Part shown: positions 25,948 to 36,167 of the stretch, one piece after another
Layout of the letters: the number at the start of each line of letters is the position of its first letter
How positions within the stretch are numbered: position 1 is the first letter of the stretch
Virus record (IMG/VR): IMGVR_UViG_3300027823_000001
Coordinates: 1-64,000 of that record
Reading direction: 5' to 3' (one strand)
Length of the DNA: 64,000 bases
DNA from: a virus
The notes under the pieces: model-generated
Databases searched by the model: none
What the model saw: the letters and a program-made list of their open reading frames with translations, nothing else
Told to the model about the DNA's origin: nothing
Translations under genes and position numbers: made by a program

Positions 25948-27639
25948 ATGAGCTACCCGACGGTACAGACCCCTCCCGCAGGCTGGCAGGCGCATCCCCA
26001 AGCGCCGGGCTACTACTACAACCCGCAGCAGCCCTCGGAGATGGTGCTGGTGAATCCGAGTGCTGCGCCTCCGCCGCCCGCGGCACCTGTCGAGACGTGG
26101 CAGGACCATCCGCAGGCTCCAGGTTGGGAGTGGAACCCTCAGACGAACGCCACAAGGCAGAAGGGTGCGCCTGCCGCACCGCCTACCGTCGCTGCGCAGG
26201 CGGATACGGGCCTGCCCGCGCCGAGCTACGGATCGATCGATCCCGACCTCGCCAAGCGCGAAGCGGAGAAGGCCGCACGCGGTAAGCGCAGCTACGACGA
26301 CGACATCTACCTCGACTTCCCCGAGCTGCCTCGCGAGGTCGGTAGCGAGGTGCGAATGAACGTGCGCCTGCTGCCTCCATGGTCCCCCGACGAGAAGAGC
26401 GCGTGGGTCATCGGCGCGCGTCATCGCCTGTACGCGGAGATGGACCCCAAGTACCAGGACAACTGGAAGTCGAAGCTGTTTTTTCCCGAGTGCTACGGCG
26501 CGCATGATGCCAAGGGCGGTGACTGCGAGATCTGCGATGCGGTGAGCGAGTGCATGACCTCGGACAACGAGGAAGCGAATGCGTTCGGAGACGACGCGAA
26601 GGCTTCGGAGCGCCACTACTGGCAGGCGCTGCATCTCGACGACCTTCAGAAGCACATCAAGCAGTACACGCGCGATGGTCAGCCCGTAGTCAATCCGGCG
26701 ACTGGTGAAGTGCTCTGGATCGTGCAGCCTGGCATTCTCGCGATCCGGCCGACGCTCGGCCGCAAGCTGCTGAACCTCGTAGGCATCGCGCCGCGTCTCG
26801 CGGATCCCGATCGCGGAGTGAACATCACGCTCATCAAGAAGCGCACGAGTCGAGGGTCGTTCCCGATGAACGTGGAGTACGATGCGATCGGCGACATGGG
26901 CGGACCGTCTGCGCTCGATCCGCAGCTACGCTCGGTGCTCGGCAACCTGATCAACCTGCAAGAGAGCTGCGTGCGCCTCCGCCCCCGCGAGGACATGGCG
27001 AAGATCGCGCAGAACATCCGCGATCGCTTCAAGCTCGGCCGCGCCGCGTTTTCTGGCGGTACTCCTCCCGCGCTGCCTCCGACCGATTCGTGGATCAGGC
27101 ATCCCAACAACCCCGCGTACGAGTACAACCCCACGACGCAAGCCGTTCGGCAGGCCAGCGCTCCCGCACTGCCGCCTGTACCGCCTACGGTGCCCAGCGT
27201 GCCCGCCGTCGTCGCGCCGCCGCCCGTCGCACCTCCTGGGCCCGTCGCAGCCCCTGCGGGCTTCTACGGACCGGCTGGGAGCCCGCCCCTGATGCCGGCT
27301 CCGCCGCCCCCGTCCGCAGTCGCACCGCCACCACCTGTCAAGATGCCCCCTGTGCCCGGCTACGCGCCCCCGGCGGGCGGTGCGCTGCCGCCTCCCAGCG
27401 CTCCCGGTCTTGCGAGCGGTGCGGTCGTGCCACCGCCATTCCAGCCTCCGGGCGTCGGGATGGCCCCGCAGCCCGGTCTGCCTGCGTTACCCTCGCTACC
27501 CTCGCTGCCTCCGATGATCGGCGGTCCTGTGGGGGGAGTTGCGCCGCCTCCGCCGCCTGTTGGCGCGCTGGGTGCGGCGATGACTCCCGCGCAGATCGAA
27601 GCGGCGATCAAGGCGAGCCCGACAGGCACTCCTTTCTGA
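25948..27639 (+). CDS. Putative ssDNA-binding protein (gp32-like core) with Pro-rich arms
   Basis: VRLLPP, H, C...CEIC, DPDRG.NI, Y-D core; ends TPF; next to recA. Confidence 0.6.
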   Translation: MSYPTVQTPPAGWQAHPQAPGYYYNPQQPSEMVLVNPSAAPPPPAAPVETWQDHPQAPGWEWNPQTNATRQKGAPAAPPTVAAQADTGLPAPSYGSIDPDLAKREAEKAARGKRSYDDDIYLDFPELPREVGSEVRMNVRLLPPWSPDEKSAWVIGARHRLYAEMDPKYQDNWKSKLFFPECYGAHDAKGGDCEICDAVSECMTSDNEEANAFGDDAKASERHYWQALHLDDLQKHIKQYTRDGQPVVNPATGEVLWIVQPGILAIRPTLGRKLLNLVGIAPRLADPDRGVNITLIKKRTSRGSFPMNVEYDAIGDMGGPSALDPQLRSVLGNLINLQESCVRLRPREDMAKIAQNIRDRFKLGRAAFSGGTPPALPPTDSWIRHPNNPAYEYNPTTQAVRQASAPALPPVPPTVPSVPAVVAPPPVAPPGPVAAPAGFYGPAGSPPLMPAPPPPSAVAPPPPVKMPPVPGYAPPAGGALPPPSAPGLASGAVVPPPFQPPGVGMAPQPGLPALPSLPSLPPMIGGPVGGVAPPPPPVGALGAAMTPAQIEAAIKASPTGTPF

Positions 27640-27765
27640 TCGATCGCCGCGTTTGCATCCCATGCACAGGACTAGTGCACGGCTTGAACTACATCTGCGA
27701 ATGGTGTGGCGAGCCGTGCACGAGCGCGCCTGCTGAACCTTGTTACCCTTGATCGAAAGAGAACG

Positions 27766-28986
27766 ATGCAACGCAAGCCCCGCAGCATGAAGGAAGCGCT
27801 GGCTCCTTCTCCGAAAGAAGAAGAGCCGACGAAACGCAAGAAGAAAGCCGCTGCACCAGTGAACGATGCAGAACGCTTTTTGGAGCTGCTGAAGGGCCTG
27901 AATCCGAAGGACGAGAACGCGTTCGGGTTCTTCGGGCGTGATGGGCTCGACACTCCGATCAACGAGTTCATCTCAACAGGCTCTCTCGCGATCGACAAGC
28001 TGATCGGCGGACCCACCGGAGGATGGCCCATTGGGCGCTTGTCGGAGTGCGCGTCGTGGGAGGGCGTGGGCAAGAGCACCTTGCTCGACCAGTCGATCGC
28101 GCAGGTGCAACGCATGGGAGGCATCGCGGCAGTGATCGACTCGGAACACTCACGCGATGCGAGCTACACGCGCAGGCTCGGCGTGGACACTGACACTCTG
28201 ATCGCGAAGCCCGTCGAGACAGTAGAGGATGTTTTCTCTGCCACAGACACTGTGCTCTCCGTGCAAGAGAGGCTCACCGCGGAGTACGCGAAGCGCAAAC
28301 AGAAGCCACCGCCGCTCTTGCTCGTGTGGGATTCGCTTGGAGCGACACCGACGAAGCGCGAGCTGTTGGGTGAGCCTGATGACAAGCACGTCGCGGAAGC
28401 TGCCAAGGTGATCAAGATGAACTTCCGCCGCATCTGCGCGCGGATTGCTGATCTGCGCATCGCGTTCGTGTTCGTGAATCACTTTTACACAGACATCGGG
28501 CCGTTCGCGACAATGAAGACGAGCGGCGGTAGCGGTGTTCGGTATTTCACATCGCTTCGGCTGTGGCTGACGAACAAGGGCCAGATCAAGATCGGCAACA
28601 CGGTGTTCGGACATGAGGTCGAAGCCAAGACCAAGAAGACACGCGTACGCTCGCCACGACCTCCGGCACAAGCAGGGCTCATCTACGGCGCCGGCTTTGA
28701 CAACGCCTACACGCTCTACAGCTGGGGCAAGACCGCAGGCCTGTCGAGCGATCACAAGTGGATCGTCGAGACACCGCAGTGGCAGTATCTCATGCTGCCG
28801 GATGGCACGCACATCGCCTTTCAGCAGAGGTTCATCGGGCTCGGTAAAGCGTTCGCGGAGCGTCCCGATGCATACGCCATGATGGCTGATCACTTCATGC
28901 GCGATGGTGAAGACATCCTCGGCGAGCCCGAGGAAGACGATGAAGAAGAAGAGAACGAAGACGACGCAGAGGAGAAGACCACATGA
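27766..28986 (+). CDS. recA: RecA/UvsX recombinase
   Basis: ISTGSLAID..IGG, GWPIGR, EGVGKST, IDSEH, VWDS, SGG.G.RY. Confidence 0.92.
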   Translation: MQRKPRSMKEALAPSPKEEEPTKRKKKAAAPVNDAERFLELLKGLNPKDENAFGFFGRDGLDTPINEFISTGSLAIDKLIGGPTGGWPIGRLSECASWEGVGKSTLLDQSIAQVQRMGGIAAVIDSEHSRDASYTRRLGVDTDTLIAKPVETVEDVFSATDTVLSVQERLTAEYAKRKQKPPPLLLVWDSLGATPTKRELLGEPDDKHVAEAAKVIKMNFRRICARIADLRIAFVFVNHFYTDIGPFATMKTSGGSGVRYFTSLRLWLTNKGQIKIGNTVFGHEVEAKTKKTRVRSPRPPAQAGLIYGAGFDNAYTLYSWGKTAGLSSDHKWIVETPQWQYLMLPDGTHIAFQQRFIGLGKAFAERPDAYAMMADHFMRDGEDILGEPEEDDEEEENEDDAEEKTT

Positions 28987-31900
28987 GCAAGCCGAAGAAG
29001 AGCACGAAGAAGACCGCAGCAGTCACCACGACGACTGTGCGCAAGCCGCGAGGTCTCACGACAGCACCTGTGACGCCGACGTTGAAGTTGCCCGAGTTGA
29101 AGCCTGCGGAGTGGCGTTACATCCTGTTCAGCGATCTCCACGTCTGCGGCAAGACGATCGATCGAGCGCTCGTCTTGCTCGACCGCGTGCGCGAGACGGC
29201 GCTGCACTACCAGTGCTCTGTGATCTGCCTCGGAGACTTCTGGGACCAGCGCGCAGCACTCGCAGTGCGCCACCTGGATCTGATCCAGCGCGAGTTCGAG
29301 AAGTGGGGGCAGCAGGGCGTGGAGCTGATCATCGTGCCCGGTAACCATGACCAAGTCTCGCTCGATGGTAGCGTGAACGCCGTTCGGATCTTCGACGGGT
29401 TCGAGCACATCACGGTTGCGACCGAACCGTACGCAGACCCGATCAACAAGCTCGCGTTCATCCCTTGGCGTGAAGAAGCGAACAAGCAGGCTGCGGCGTT
29501 CGAGATGCTGCCGGGTGAAGGCTGGACGGTCTTCGCACACGCGGAGATCGAGGGCGCCATCGCCAACTCCGGCAAGGCTGCGACGGGGCGCGTGAAGACC
29601 GCACTGATCGAGGCTCACGCTCGCGCTTGCTACGTGGGCCACTACCACAAGAGGCAGCAGCTCGGCGACCGCACTTGGTACATCGGCAGTCCGTTCGAAA
29701 TGAACTTCGGTGAGCGCGATGAGCCTCACGGCATCGCGATCGTGGACAGCGAGAACCCCGAGCCCTGCTTTCTCGATCTGGACGATATGCCGAAGCACCA
29801 TCGCTTCGTGTGGCCTGACGATGGTGCGAAGCTGAACACCGCGCGTCCGCAGGACATCGTGGAGCTGTACTTCAAGCCGGATGACCTTGGTGGACCAGGG
29901 CTGAAGCAAGCACTCGGTAGCTTGCTCGCTCGCGACGTGCGCCCACTGCCGCTCGCGCAGTCCGCAGATCAGGAGACGGTGCCTCAGTTTGCGCTCACCA
30001 TCACCGAAGGCTGCAAGCTGTTCGTGGCTGAGTACGCGAGAGCAGAAGCGGCGCTCGGCTCGCCCGTACCTGAAGACAGGATCGAGCGCTTGACGTCGTT
30101 GGGGCGCAAGTACCTGATGCAGGTGCCTGACGCGCGCGTGATCGCACCGATCTCTCCGACGGTGCGCATCCTGAACGTGCGCGCGCAGAACTTCTGCGCC
30201 GTCAGAGGCGCGCACTCATTCAATCTGCGCGAGCTGGGCCCTGCGCTCATCCGCGGACCCATGGGTATCGGCAAGACTTCGATCTGCGACGCGATTACAT
30301 GGGCTCTCTTCGATGAGACCACGCCTCGCAAGCCCGGCGCGCGTACGGGTTCCCTTCGTGCTGACGACGTGATTCATGATGAAGCGGAAGAGACGATGGT
30401 GCGTGTGGAGGTCACCTTTGATCCTCCGGAAGCTGTCGTCGAGAACGTCATCACCATCGAACGCACGAAGCGCCGCGGACAGGGCACCAAGCTCAAGCTG
30501 TATGGCATCGATGCCATACACGACCTGAACGGGATCGCAGACACGCAGGACGCGGTGCATCGGATCATCGGACTCGATCTCGATCTGTGGCGCGCTACCG
30601 TCTACCTCGGTCAGGGTGCTGTTGCGAACTTCGTCACGGACGCCGACAAGAAGCGCAAGGAGCTGCTCTCTCAGGCCTTCGGGCTTGGCGCGTGCGAGCC
30701 CGCGCAGAAGCTCGTGCGAGAGGAGATGAAGAAGCGAGATGCTTCGCTGTCGCTCTTTGCTATGCGTGAGAACGAAGCGCGCACAGGCCTGGAAGCGCTC
30801 ACGCACGCGGACTTCGCAACGCAAGCGGGACAGTGGGATGCAGCGAAGGAAGCATCGCTGGCGGCGCTCGTGAATGAAGGGAAGGATCTGCAAGCGCGCA
30901 TCGAGCAGATCACTCCGCACCTCGCGGTCGAGCAGACCTGGACCGAGCACCGCACTGCGTTCGACGCGCACATCAGCGACCTCACCAAGAGCCTCTCAGC
31001 TGGAGGCAACGAGGTAGCGACGCGCAAGCTGGCCGGCGAACTAGGCGCGTGTGAGGCAGAGCTGGGCTTGGAGCAGCGCACGCTCGCGAAGCTGCAAGCC
31101 GAGTATCAGGCGATGATGGCCGCGCGTGATCAAGGGACAGCGCTGCCGTGCGGCGCGTGCGGTCAGCTCATGCCTGCGGCGAACATGGATGCGCACCTGG
31201 AAGAGTGCGAAGAAAAGCTCGCGACGAAGCAGCGCGAGATCGAGTCGTTGAACATGCGCGCGCTGAACCTACGCGGTCAGCTCGACGCATTCAAGATGGG
31301 TCCTGCGGTCGACAAGACCGGGCTGCTCGCGCAGCTGGAAGATGCCCGCGCGCAACACACCAAGTGCATTGAAGCGCTCGGCGCGATCGCGCAGATGAAG
31401 GCCGCGAAGCAAGACGCAGCGCAGCGCCTGATGCTCGCGCGCACGCAGTGGACTGCGAAGAACGTGGAGCTGAACCCGTTCACGCAGAAGGCGTCTGAAG
31501 TCGCGGCGTCGAGGCAGAGCTACCAGGGCGCGCTCAACGACGCACTGGGCGGCGCAGCAGAGGCACAGCGCGCGCTCGCGGACCTGCGCGTGTGGGAAGA
31601 CGGCTTCGGCCAGAAGGGCGTGCCTGTGCTCGTTCTACGCACCGCGCTCTACGAGCTGGAGCTGCACGCCAACGCCGCGCTTGGCACCATGCTCTCCGGT
31701 CGCCTCTACACGAGGCTCGCGATGGACGGTGATGACTTGGTGATCAAGTACTACGAGTACAAGGCGGAGAAGAGCACGCACATCGAGCGCACGTTCTACC
31801 AGCTCTCGGGCGGGCAACGGCGCTGCATCGAGCTGGCGTTCTCACCCTTCGCACTGTCTGAGATGATCTTCACGCGATGCGGTGTGCGAGTGAAGCTCTT

Positions 31901-32090
31901 GGTGGTCGACGAACTCACCACGCATCTCGATCCCGAGACCAAGCCTCTGCTCTGCAATCTGCTGCGTGGTCTCGATCGAGAGACCGTGCTCGTGATCGAT
32001 CACGACTCGGGTGTGCAAGGAGAGTTCGACTGCGTGCTTGATGCAGGCACGGGCGCCGATGGAAACTTCCAACTGACGAGGGCATTGTGA
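28983..32090 (+). CDS. Fused SbcD (Mre11) nuclease - SbcC (Rad50) ATPase
   Basis: SDLH, LGD, GNHD, GHYH phosphoesterase motifs; then GPMGIGKTS, Q-loop GQG, coiled coil with CGACG hook, LSGGQ, VVDE, IDH, all in one 1035-aa ORF. Confidence 0.92.
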   Translation: MSKPKKSTKKTAAVTTTTVRKPRGLTTAPVTPTLKLPELKPAEWRYILFSDLHVCGKTIDRALVLLDRVRETALHYQCSVICLGDFWDQRAALAVRHLDLIQREFEKWGQQGVELIIVPGNHDQVSLDGSVNAVRIFDGFEHITVATEPYADPINKLAFIPWREEANKQAAAFEMLPGEGWTVFAHAEIEGAIANSGKAATGRVKTALIEAHARACYVGHYHKRQQLGDRTWYIGSPFEMNFGERDEPHGIAIVDSENPEPCFLDLDDMPKHHRFVWPDDGAKLNTARPQDIVELYFKPDDLGGPGLKQALGSLLARDVRPLPLAQSADQETVPQFALTITEGCKLFVAEYARAEAALGSPVPEDRIERLTSLGRKYLMQVPDARVIAPISPTVRILNVRAQNFCAVRGAHSFNLRELGPALIRGPMGIGKTSICDAITWALFDETTPRKPGARTGSLRADDVIHDEAEETMVRVEVTFDPPEAVVENVITIERTKRRGQGTKLKLYGIDAIHDLNGIADTQDAVHRIIGLDLDLWRATVYLGQGAVANFVTDADKKRKELLSQAFGLGACEPAQKLVREEMKKRDASLSLFAMRENEARTGLEALTHADFATQAGQWDAAKEASLAALVNEGKDLQARIEQITPHLAVEQTWTEHRTAFDAHISDLTKSLSAGGNEVATRKLAGELGACEAELGLEQRTLAKLQAEYQAMMAARDQGTALPCGACGQLMPAANMDAHLEECEEKLATKQREIESLNMRALNLRGQLDAFKMGPAVDKTGLLAQLEDARAQHTKCIEALGAIAQMKAAKQDAAQRLMLARTQWTAKNVELNPFTQKASEVAASRQSYQGALNDALGGAAEAQRALADLRVWEDGFGQKGVPVLVLRTALYELELHANAALGTMLSGRLYTRLAMDGDDLVIKYYEYKAEKSTHIERTFYQLSGGQRRCIELAFSPFALSEMIFTRCGVRVKLLVVDELTTHLDPETKPLLCNLLRGLDRETVLVIDHDSGVQGEFDCVLDAGTGADGNFQLTRAL

Positions 32091-32575
32091 GCAAGCACGC
32101 GCGCAAACACAGTAGCCGGCGTGATGATGGCTGGTATGAGGTGATGGATACAGCCGTCGATGCAAAGCTCATCCCTCGCAGTGTGAAAGAGACCGACGGC
32201 CATCGTTGCTTCGTGCGCGGACCTGTCGGTCAGATCGAGATCATAGAGGTGCCTGAGAGCATGCCCGAAGTCGCGAGACAGGCCCTTGGCCAGCGCCTTT
32301 CGTCGATGGGCGCGACGGTGCTGCTCGTCAACGAGCACATCAAGTTCTATCGGCTGCGGCGCGCGAGCGCGGAAGAGAAGAGGTCACTTGATGCCTTCGA
32401 GAAGCAAGATGGTGAGGCGCCCGCGAGCCCTTCCCCCGGCGACGAGGCTGCCGACGGTGCTGTCTCTGGATCTGTCACTCACGGCGACGGGCGTGGGGGT
32501 GATCAACCCGATGGGGGAGCTGGTGCACTGGGAGACGATCAAGAGCGTGCGCAAGGCGGCATCAAGGATCGCTGA
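32087..32575 (+). CDS. Hypothetical protein
   Basis: GTGA coupling; 3' end overlaps the ruvC gene. Confidence 0.55.
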   Translation: MSKHARKHSSRRDDGWYEVMDTAVDAKLIPRSVKETDGHRCFVRGPVGQIEIIEVPESMPEVARQALGQRLSSMGATVLLVNEHIKFYRLRRASAEEKRSLDAFEKQDGEAPASPSPGDEAADGAVSGSVTHGDGRGGDQPDGGAGALGDDQERAQGGIKDR

Positions 32576-33011
32576 GGTCCGCGATCGCGTCGTTGCCATC
32601 GCACGCGAGTACAAGCCTGATGAGATCGGCTGTGAGTATTTCGGTGTGGCAGCGGGCAACAAGCAACGCGCGAGCGCGATCGAGATAGTCTGGCTGCACG
32701 GCAACGTGCACGTAGCGCTTGTCGAGGCAGGCTTCGTCGCGCCGATCTTCATCGCGCCTGCGACGCTGAAGAAGTGGTACACGGGTCGCGGGAACAAGGT
32801 TGAGAAGGCAGAGGTGATCGCGGCTCTTCACGCGCGCTATGGCATCAGCGTGCCTGAGCACAACGCCGCAGACGCGGCGGCCGTCGGCTTCATGCTGCAT
32901 GAGCGCGCGCGGTACTACGCAGGCTTGGTCGCGCTGCGCAAGACTGACTCATCCGACTTCAGCGACTACGAGATCGAGAAGATGGAGAGCTGGCAGCGCG
33001 CGTTCACATGA
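32409..33011 (+). CDS. ruvC: RuvC-like Holliday junction resolvase
   Basis: SLDLSLTATG, CE, PATLKKWYTGRG...K, HNAADA. Confidence 0.85.
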   Translation: MVRRPRALPPATRLPTVLSLDLSLTATGVGVINPMGELVHWETIKSVRKAASRIAEVRDRVVAIAREYKPDEIGCEYFGVAAGNKQRASAIEIVWLHGNVHVALVEAGFVAPIFIAPATLKKWYTGRGNKVEKAEVIAALHARYGISVPEHNAADAAAVGFMLHERARYYAGLVALRKTDSSDFSDYEIEKMESWQRAFT

Positions 33012-33346
33012 CCGGGCAGCGCAAAGAGGCCTTGAAGCTGGTCGTGTGTCACATAGAGATGGTGTTACGCGCGGGCTTCACTCTTGCGGTGAACGAGCTG
33101 TCAATCGATCCACAAGAAGATGGTCGCGGCGACATCACGCTTGCGGTCAGCGTGAGTGGTCTCGGGCGCGCCATTCCAGAACACAAACTCGATGCTGCGT
33201 TGATCGTCGAGCACGACAGACACGCTGATGTGCTCACTGCGGAAGGCTGGGAAGCGCGGCTCGTAGCGGAAGGTGATGTGCAGCCTCTCGCGGAGATGCC
33301 TGCTGATGTCTTCGCAGCTAGGATGCGACGAAAGGTGCGGCCGTAG
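33008..33346 (+). CDS. Hypothetical protein
   Basis: 112 aa, coupled at both ends. Confidence 0.6.
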   Translation: MTGQRKEALKLVVCHIEMVLRAGFTLAVNELSIDPQEDGRGDITLAVSVSGLGRAIPEHKLDAALIVEHDRHADVLTAEGWEARLVAEGDVQPLAEMPADVFAARMRRKVRP

Positions 33347-34089
33347 TGGTACCTCGCAAGCCAAGGCCCATGCCATCACCGACGCTGACAGTCACTGCAA
33401 AGGCGCTGGAGCTGCGCTCACACGCGCTATGGGTTCAGATCCGTACTGACTACGTCACAAGTCCAGAAGCCCCGCAGGCCGCCATGCTCGCGCAGCAGTA
33501 CGAGGGCAAAACGACAGTGCATGCGATCACCAAGAGGATCGCGGTGGAGGGCTGGGTCGCGCTGCGCGAAGCGTACTGGACGCGCGCCGAGACCGTGCTG
33601 CTCGAACGCATCCAAGATGAGTACCTCGCCGAACGGCTCGCAGAGATGCGGGCCATTCGCAAGGCGATGCCTTTTGTGTTCGAGCACCTCTTGCCTGTCA
33701 TGGAGTCTGATCCTGAGCATCCAGGGGAGATACGACCGAAGCGCGATCCTGCGACAGGCATGCCTGTCTTCAGCCAACCGTTCCGGTCCTACGAGGGCGT
33801 CACGAAGTCTTGGCTTCAGCTGCAAGAGAGGCAGATGCTTCTGCGTGGCGAAGCCACCATGCGTACAGAGTCTGCGCTTGCGGATCGCACCGACACGACG
33901 GCGGTGGACGTGCACGATCCTATCGCTCAGATGGCAGCACGCGCCAACTTCTCACCGGACGAGATCCGGGCTCTCGCACGGGAGATGGTAACCAAACGAC
34001 TGCGTGCACAGGGCCAGCTATCGACGACTGAAGACGTGGTGATCGAAGCCGAAAAGGAAGACGATGGCGACGCCGACGAAGAAGTCTGA
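33346..34089 (+). CDS. HTH protein, possible terminase small subunit
   Basis: W..IR.DYV...LA..Y...I.KR...EGW...R pattern, helical body, acidic tail. Confidence 0.4.
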   Translation: MVPRKPRPMPSPTLTVTAKALELRSHALWVQIRTDYVTSPEAPQAAMLAQQYEGKTTVHAITKRIAVEGWVALREAYWTRAETVLLERIQDEYLAERLAEMRAIRKAMPFVFEHLLPVMESDPEHPGEIRPKRDPATGMPVFSQPFRSYEGVTKSWLQLQERQMLLRGEATMRTESALADRTDTTAVDVHDPIAQMAARANFSPDEIRALAREMVTKRLRAQGQLSTTEDVVIEAEKEDDGDADEEV

Positions 34090-34312
34090 AGTTCAGCCCG
34101 ACAGGGTGCGCGGTAACCTAGAGCCTGCGACGCGTGAGGGCTTCACGCGCCTGGTCGATGGCGCGAACACCTTTCTCGCGAAAGAAGAGAATGCAGGCTA
34201 CCGTCTGCTGACCATCGTACGTTTGGAAAAGGCCATCGCCGCGGTGTTCGTACGAGTGAGTGCGAAGCCAACCATCACCGAGTTCTGGGAAGAGGATGAC
34301 CGTGAAGTCTGA
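34064..34312 (+). CDS. Hypothetical protein
   Basis: AAGGA RBS. Confidence 0.55.
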   Translation: MATPTKKSEVQPDRVRGNLEPATREGFTRLVDGANTFLAKEENAGYRLLTIVRLEKAIAAVFVRVSAKPTITEFWEEDDREV

Positions 34313-34862
34313 GATCAAGCTACTGCTCCCCACGCTGCTTTGCATCTTGCTAGCAGGGCACGTCAACGCGCAGCGCCGCGTGAGCGATGAGACCATGCTT
34401 TTCCGCATCTGCGCGCATGAGAGCACGCGGTTCTCGCTGGCAGACTGCGACGGTGTCTACTCCGTGCTCCGCAGCTTTGCCGAGCTGCGGGACCATTCCT
34501 TCGCGCGGTCGGCCATCTTGCACTCTCCGACGTTCTTCGCGGCGGCAGGGGTCGCACCCGATGCGCGCAACGCATGGACGGCCGTGCTCGAAATGGATTG
34601 TGCCCGACCTCCCGGCTTGCATGCGTCGTGGACTAGACCTCTCACCGCGCTGGAGGGGCGTAGTAGGCAGGAGGCTTGCTTGGCGCTGGCTGCGCACGTT
34701 CGCGCCCTTGTACTCGCTCCTGCGCCTTGCGCTGCGACAGTATGGGGATCGGTCGCTGACTGGCGCCGACGCCAACGCGTAGGCTGCCACTGGGAAGTCG
34801 CCGACTGCGGCGCAACGAGCAACATCTTTGCGTCGAGGATGGCCTGTCCACGAAGGCCATGA
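34296..34862 (+). CDS. Secreted Cys-containing protein, weakly SleB/cell-wall-hydrolase-like
   Basis: Signal peptide (VNA-Q); LFRICAHES...V..VL pattern. Confidence 0.35.
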   Translation: MTVKSEIKLLLPTLLCILLAGHVNAQRRVSDETMLFRICAHESTRFSLADCDGVYSVLRSFAELRDHSFARSAILHSPTFFAAAGVAPDARNAWTAVLEMDCARPPGLHASWTRPLTALEGRSRQEACLALAAHVRALVLAPAPCAATVWGSVADWRRRQRVGCHWEVADCGATSNIFASRMACPRRP

Positions 34863-35038
34863 CTCGCGAGGAAGCGTCTGCGGCACTGCTCGAAGTGTTC
34901 CCCGAGCTTCCTGCTACGATCGACAGATTGATCGGTAGCGCCGATGCGCGCATCATGAGTCGCGCAGACCTTCGCAGACTGCTCGCCGAGTTTGCGGTGG
35001 ATGTTCTCTGGATCACTTGGCGAAAGAGGAAGTCATGA
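34859..35038 (+). CDS. Small hypothetical protein (59 aa)
   Basis: Open frame MTREEASAALL...RKRKS with ATGA overlaps at both ends. Confidence 0.5.
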   Translation: MTREEASAALLEVFPELPATIDRLIGSADARIMSRADLRRLLAEFAVDVLWITWRKRKS

Positions 35039-35850
35039 ACACCACCACCTGCAAAACGAACATCGTCGAAGGAACAGCCCTCTACCTGCGCGCCATGCGC
35101 GGGCACAAGGCATCGGACATCGCCATCAACTGCAAGGCGATGGGCTTGTCGTGGGCGGCGATCGGTGCGGTGTGGCAAGACGCTGCCACCAAGACTCGCT
35201 TGCTCAACACCGTCAAGTCGTGTCGCGAGATCGCGAAGGCGCTGCGTGACGTTGGCATCACGCCGTACGTGTGGGGCTACCCGTGGCTCGGCGGTGAGTC
35301 TGAGTTCATCTCGCGCATGATCGACTGCGCGGGTGACGACAGGCTGCATCTGCTCGATCCTGAGCTGGGCATGAACCCGACGCGATCGAAGACTCCTGCA
35401 CGAATGGCGCGCTCGAACTTGTCCGCGGCAACCATCGTCTCAGGCCTTCGTGCGAATGGCGCAAAGGTCATCGGGCTTTCGACCTACGGAGGGCTACCGC
35501 CGTGGTTCCCGCTTGATGCGTTCCTACGCGCAGACGTGGACTTCGCAGGCGGCCAGACGTACACGGACGACGCTACGATCGACACGTCGATCGCGAGCTA
35601 CCTCAAGCGCATGCAGGCCGCAGGTAGCACTGCGCAGCTCGTGCCGAACTTCGGGCTCTACTCACGCACGCTCGGCAAGGTGCGATCGAAGCGCCCGCTC
35701 GAACTGCGCGCGCATCTCGACGAGTTCATCAACGAGAGCGAGCCTGTGAAGGCTGTGATCGGATGGGCCGAGAACTTCTCGAATCCCGCACTCGTCGGCG
35801 AGCTGGCGGTCTTCTCGCGCCGCCTCGCGGAGTACCACGGCGGGCGCTGA
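35035..35850 (+). CDS. Putative TIM-barrel glycoside hydrolase (endolysin candidate)
   Basis: GI.PYVWGY, LLDPE, IGLSTY, FP...F...DF...QTY pattern reminiscent of GH25-like lysins. Confidence 0.45.
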   Translation: MNTTTCKTNIVEGTALYLRAMRGHKASDIAINCKAMGLSWAAIGAVWQDAATKTRLLNTVKSCREIAKALRDVGITPYVWGYPWLGGESEFISRMIDCAGDDRLHLLDPELGMNPTRSKTPARMARSNLSAATIVSGLRANGAKVIGLSTYGGLPPWFPLDAFLRADVDFAGGQTYTDDATIDTSIASYLKRMQAAGSTAQLVPNFGLYSRTLGKVRSKRPLELRAHLDEFINESEPVKAVIGWAENFSNPALVGELAVFSRRLAEYHGGR

Positions 35851-35856
35851 TCAAAG

Positions 35857-35866
35857 CATCGGGTAT
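35857..35866 (+). promoter_or_regulatory. CATCGKGTAK motif
   Basis: Intergenic CATCGGGTAT. Confidence 0.65.
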
Positions 35867-35885
35867 AGAGAGGTTTGGAGGTTAT

Positions 35886-36167
35886 ATGAACGAGTTCGGA
35901 CGACGGTCTTACGTGGTGCAGGAGGAGGGCAAGGACATCGCGAGCGCGAAAGCGCGCGTCACGATCGAGATCGACGGCAAGGTACACACGCGCGTCGAGC
36001 TACGCGCTCCGGGCATGATCGCGATCATCGTGAGCCCAGAGACGCCCGATCGCTTTGCCATCGAGATGGTGGAACAGGGCGGCCGACGTTTCACGGATCT
36101 CAGGCTGCCGCCCGAAGCAGGGGAGCCTCTCGACTGGCAGATCACCGCGCTCGGCTTGAGGAAGTGA
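35886..36167 (+). CDS. Hypothetical protein
   Basis: GGAGG RBS. Confidence 0.65.
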   Translation: MNEFGRRSYVVQEEGKDIASAKARVTIEIDGKVHTRVELRAPGMIAIIVSPETPDRFAIEMVEQGGRRFTDLRLPPEAGEPLDWQITALGLRK

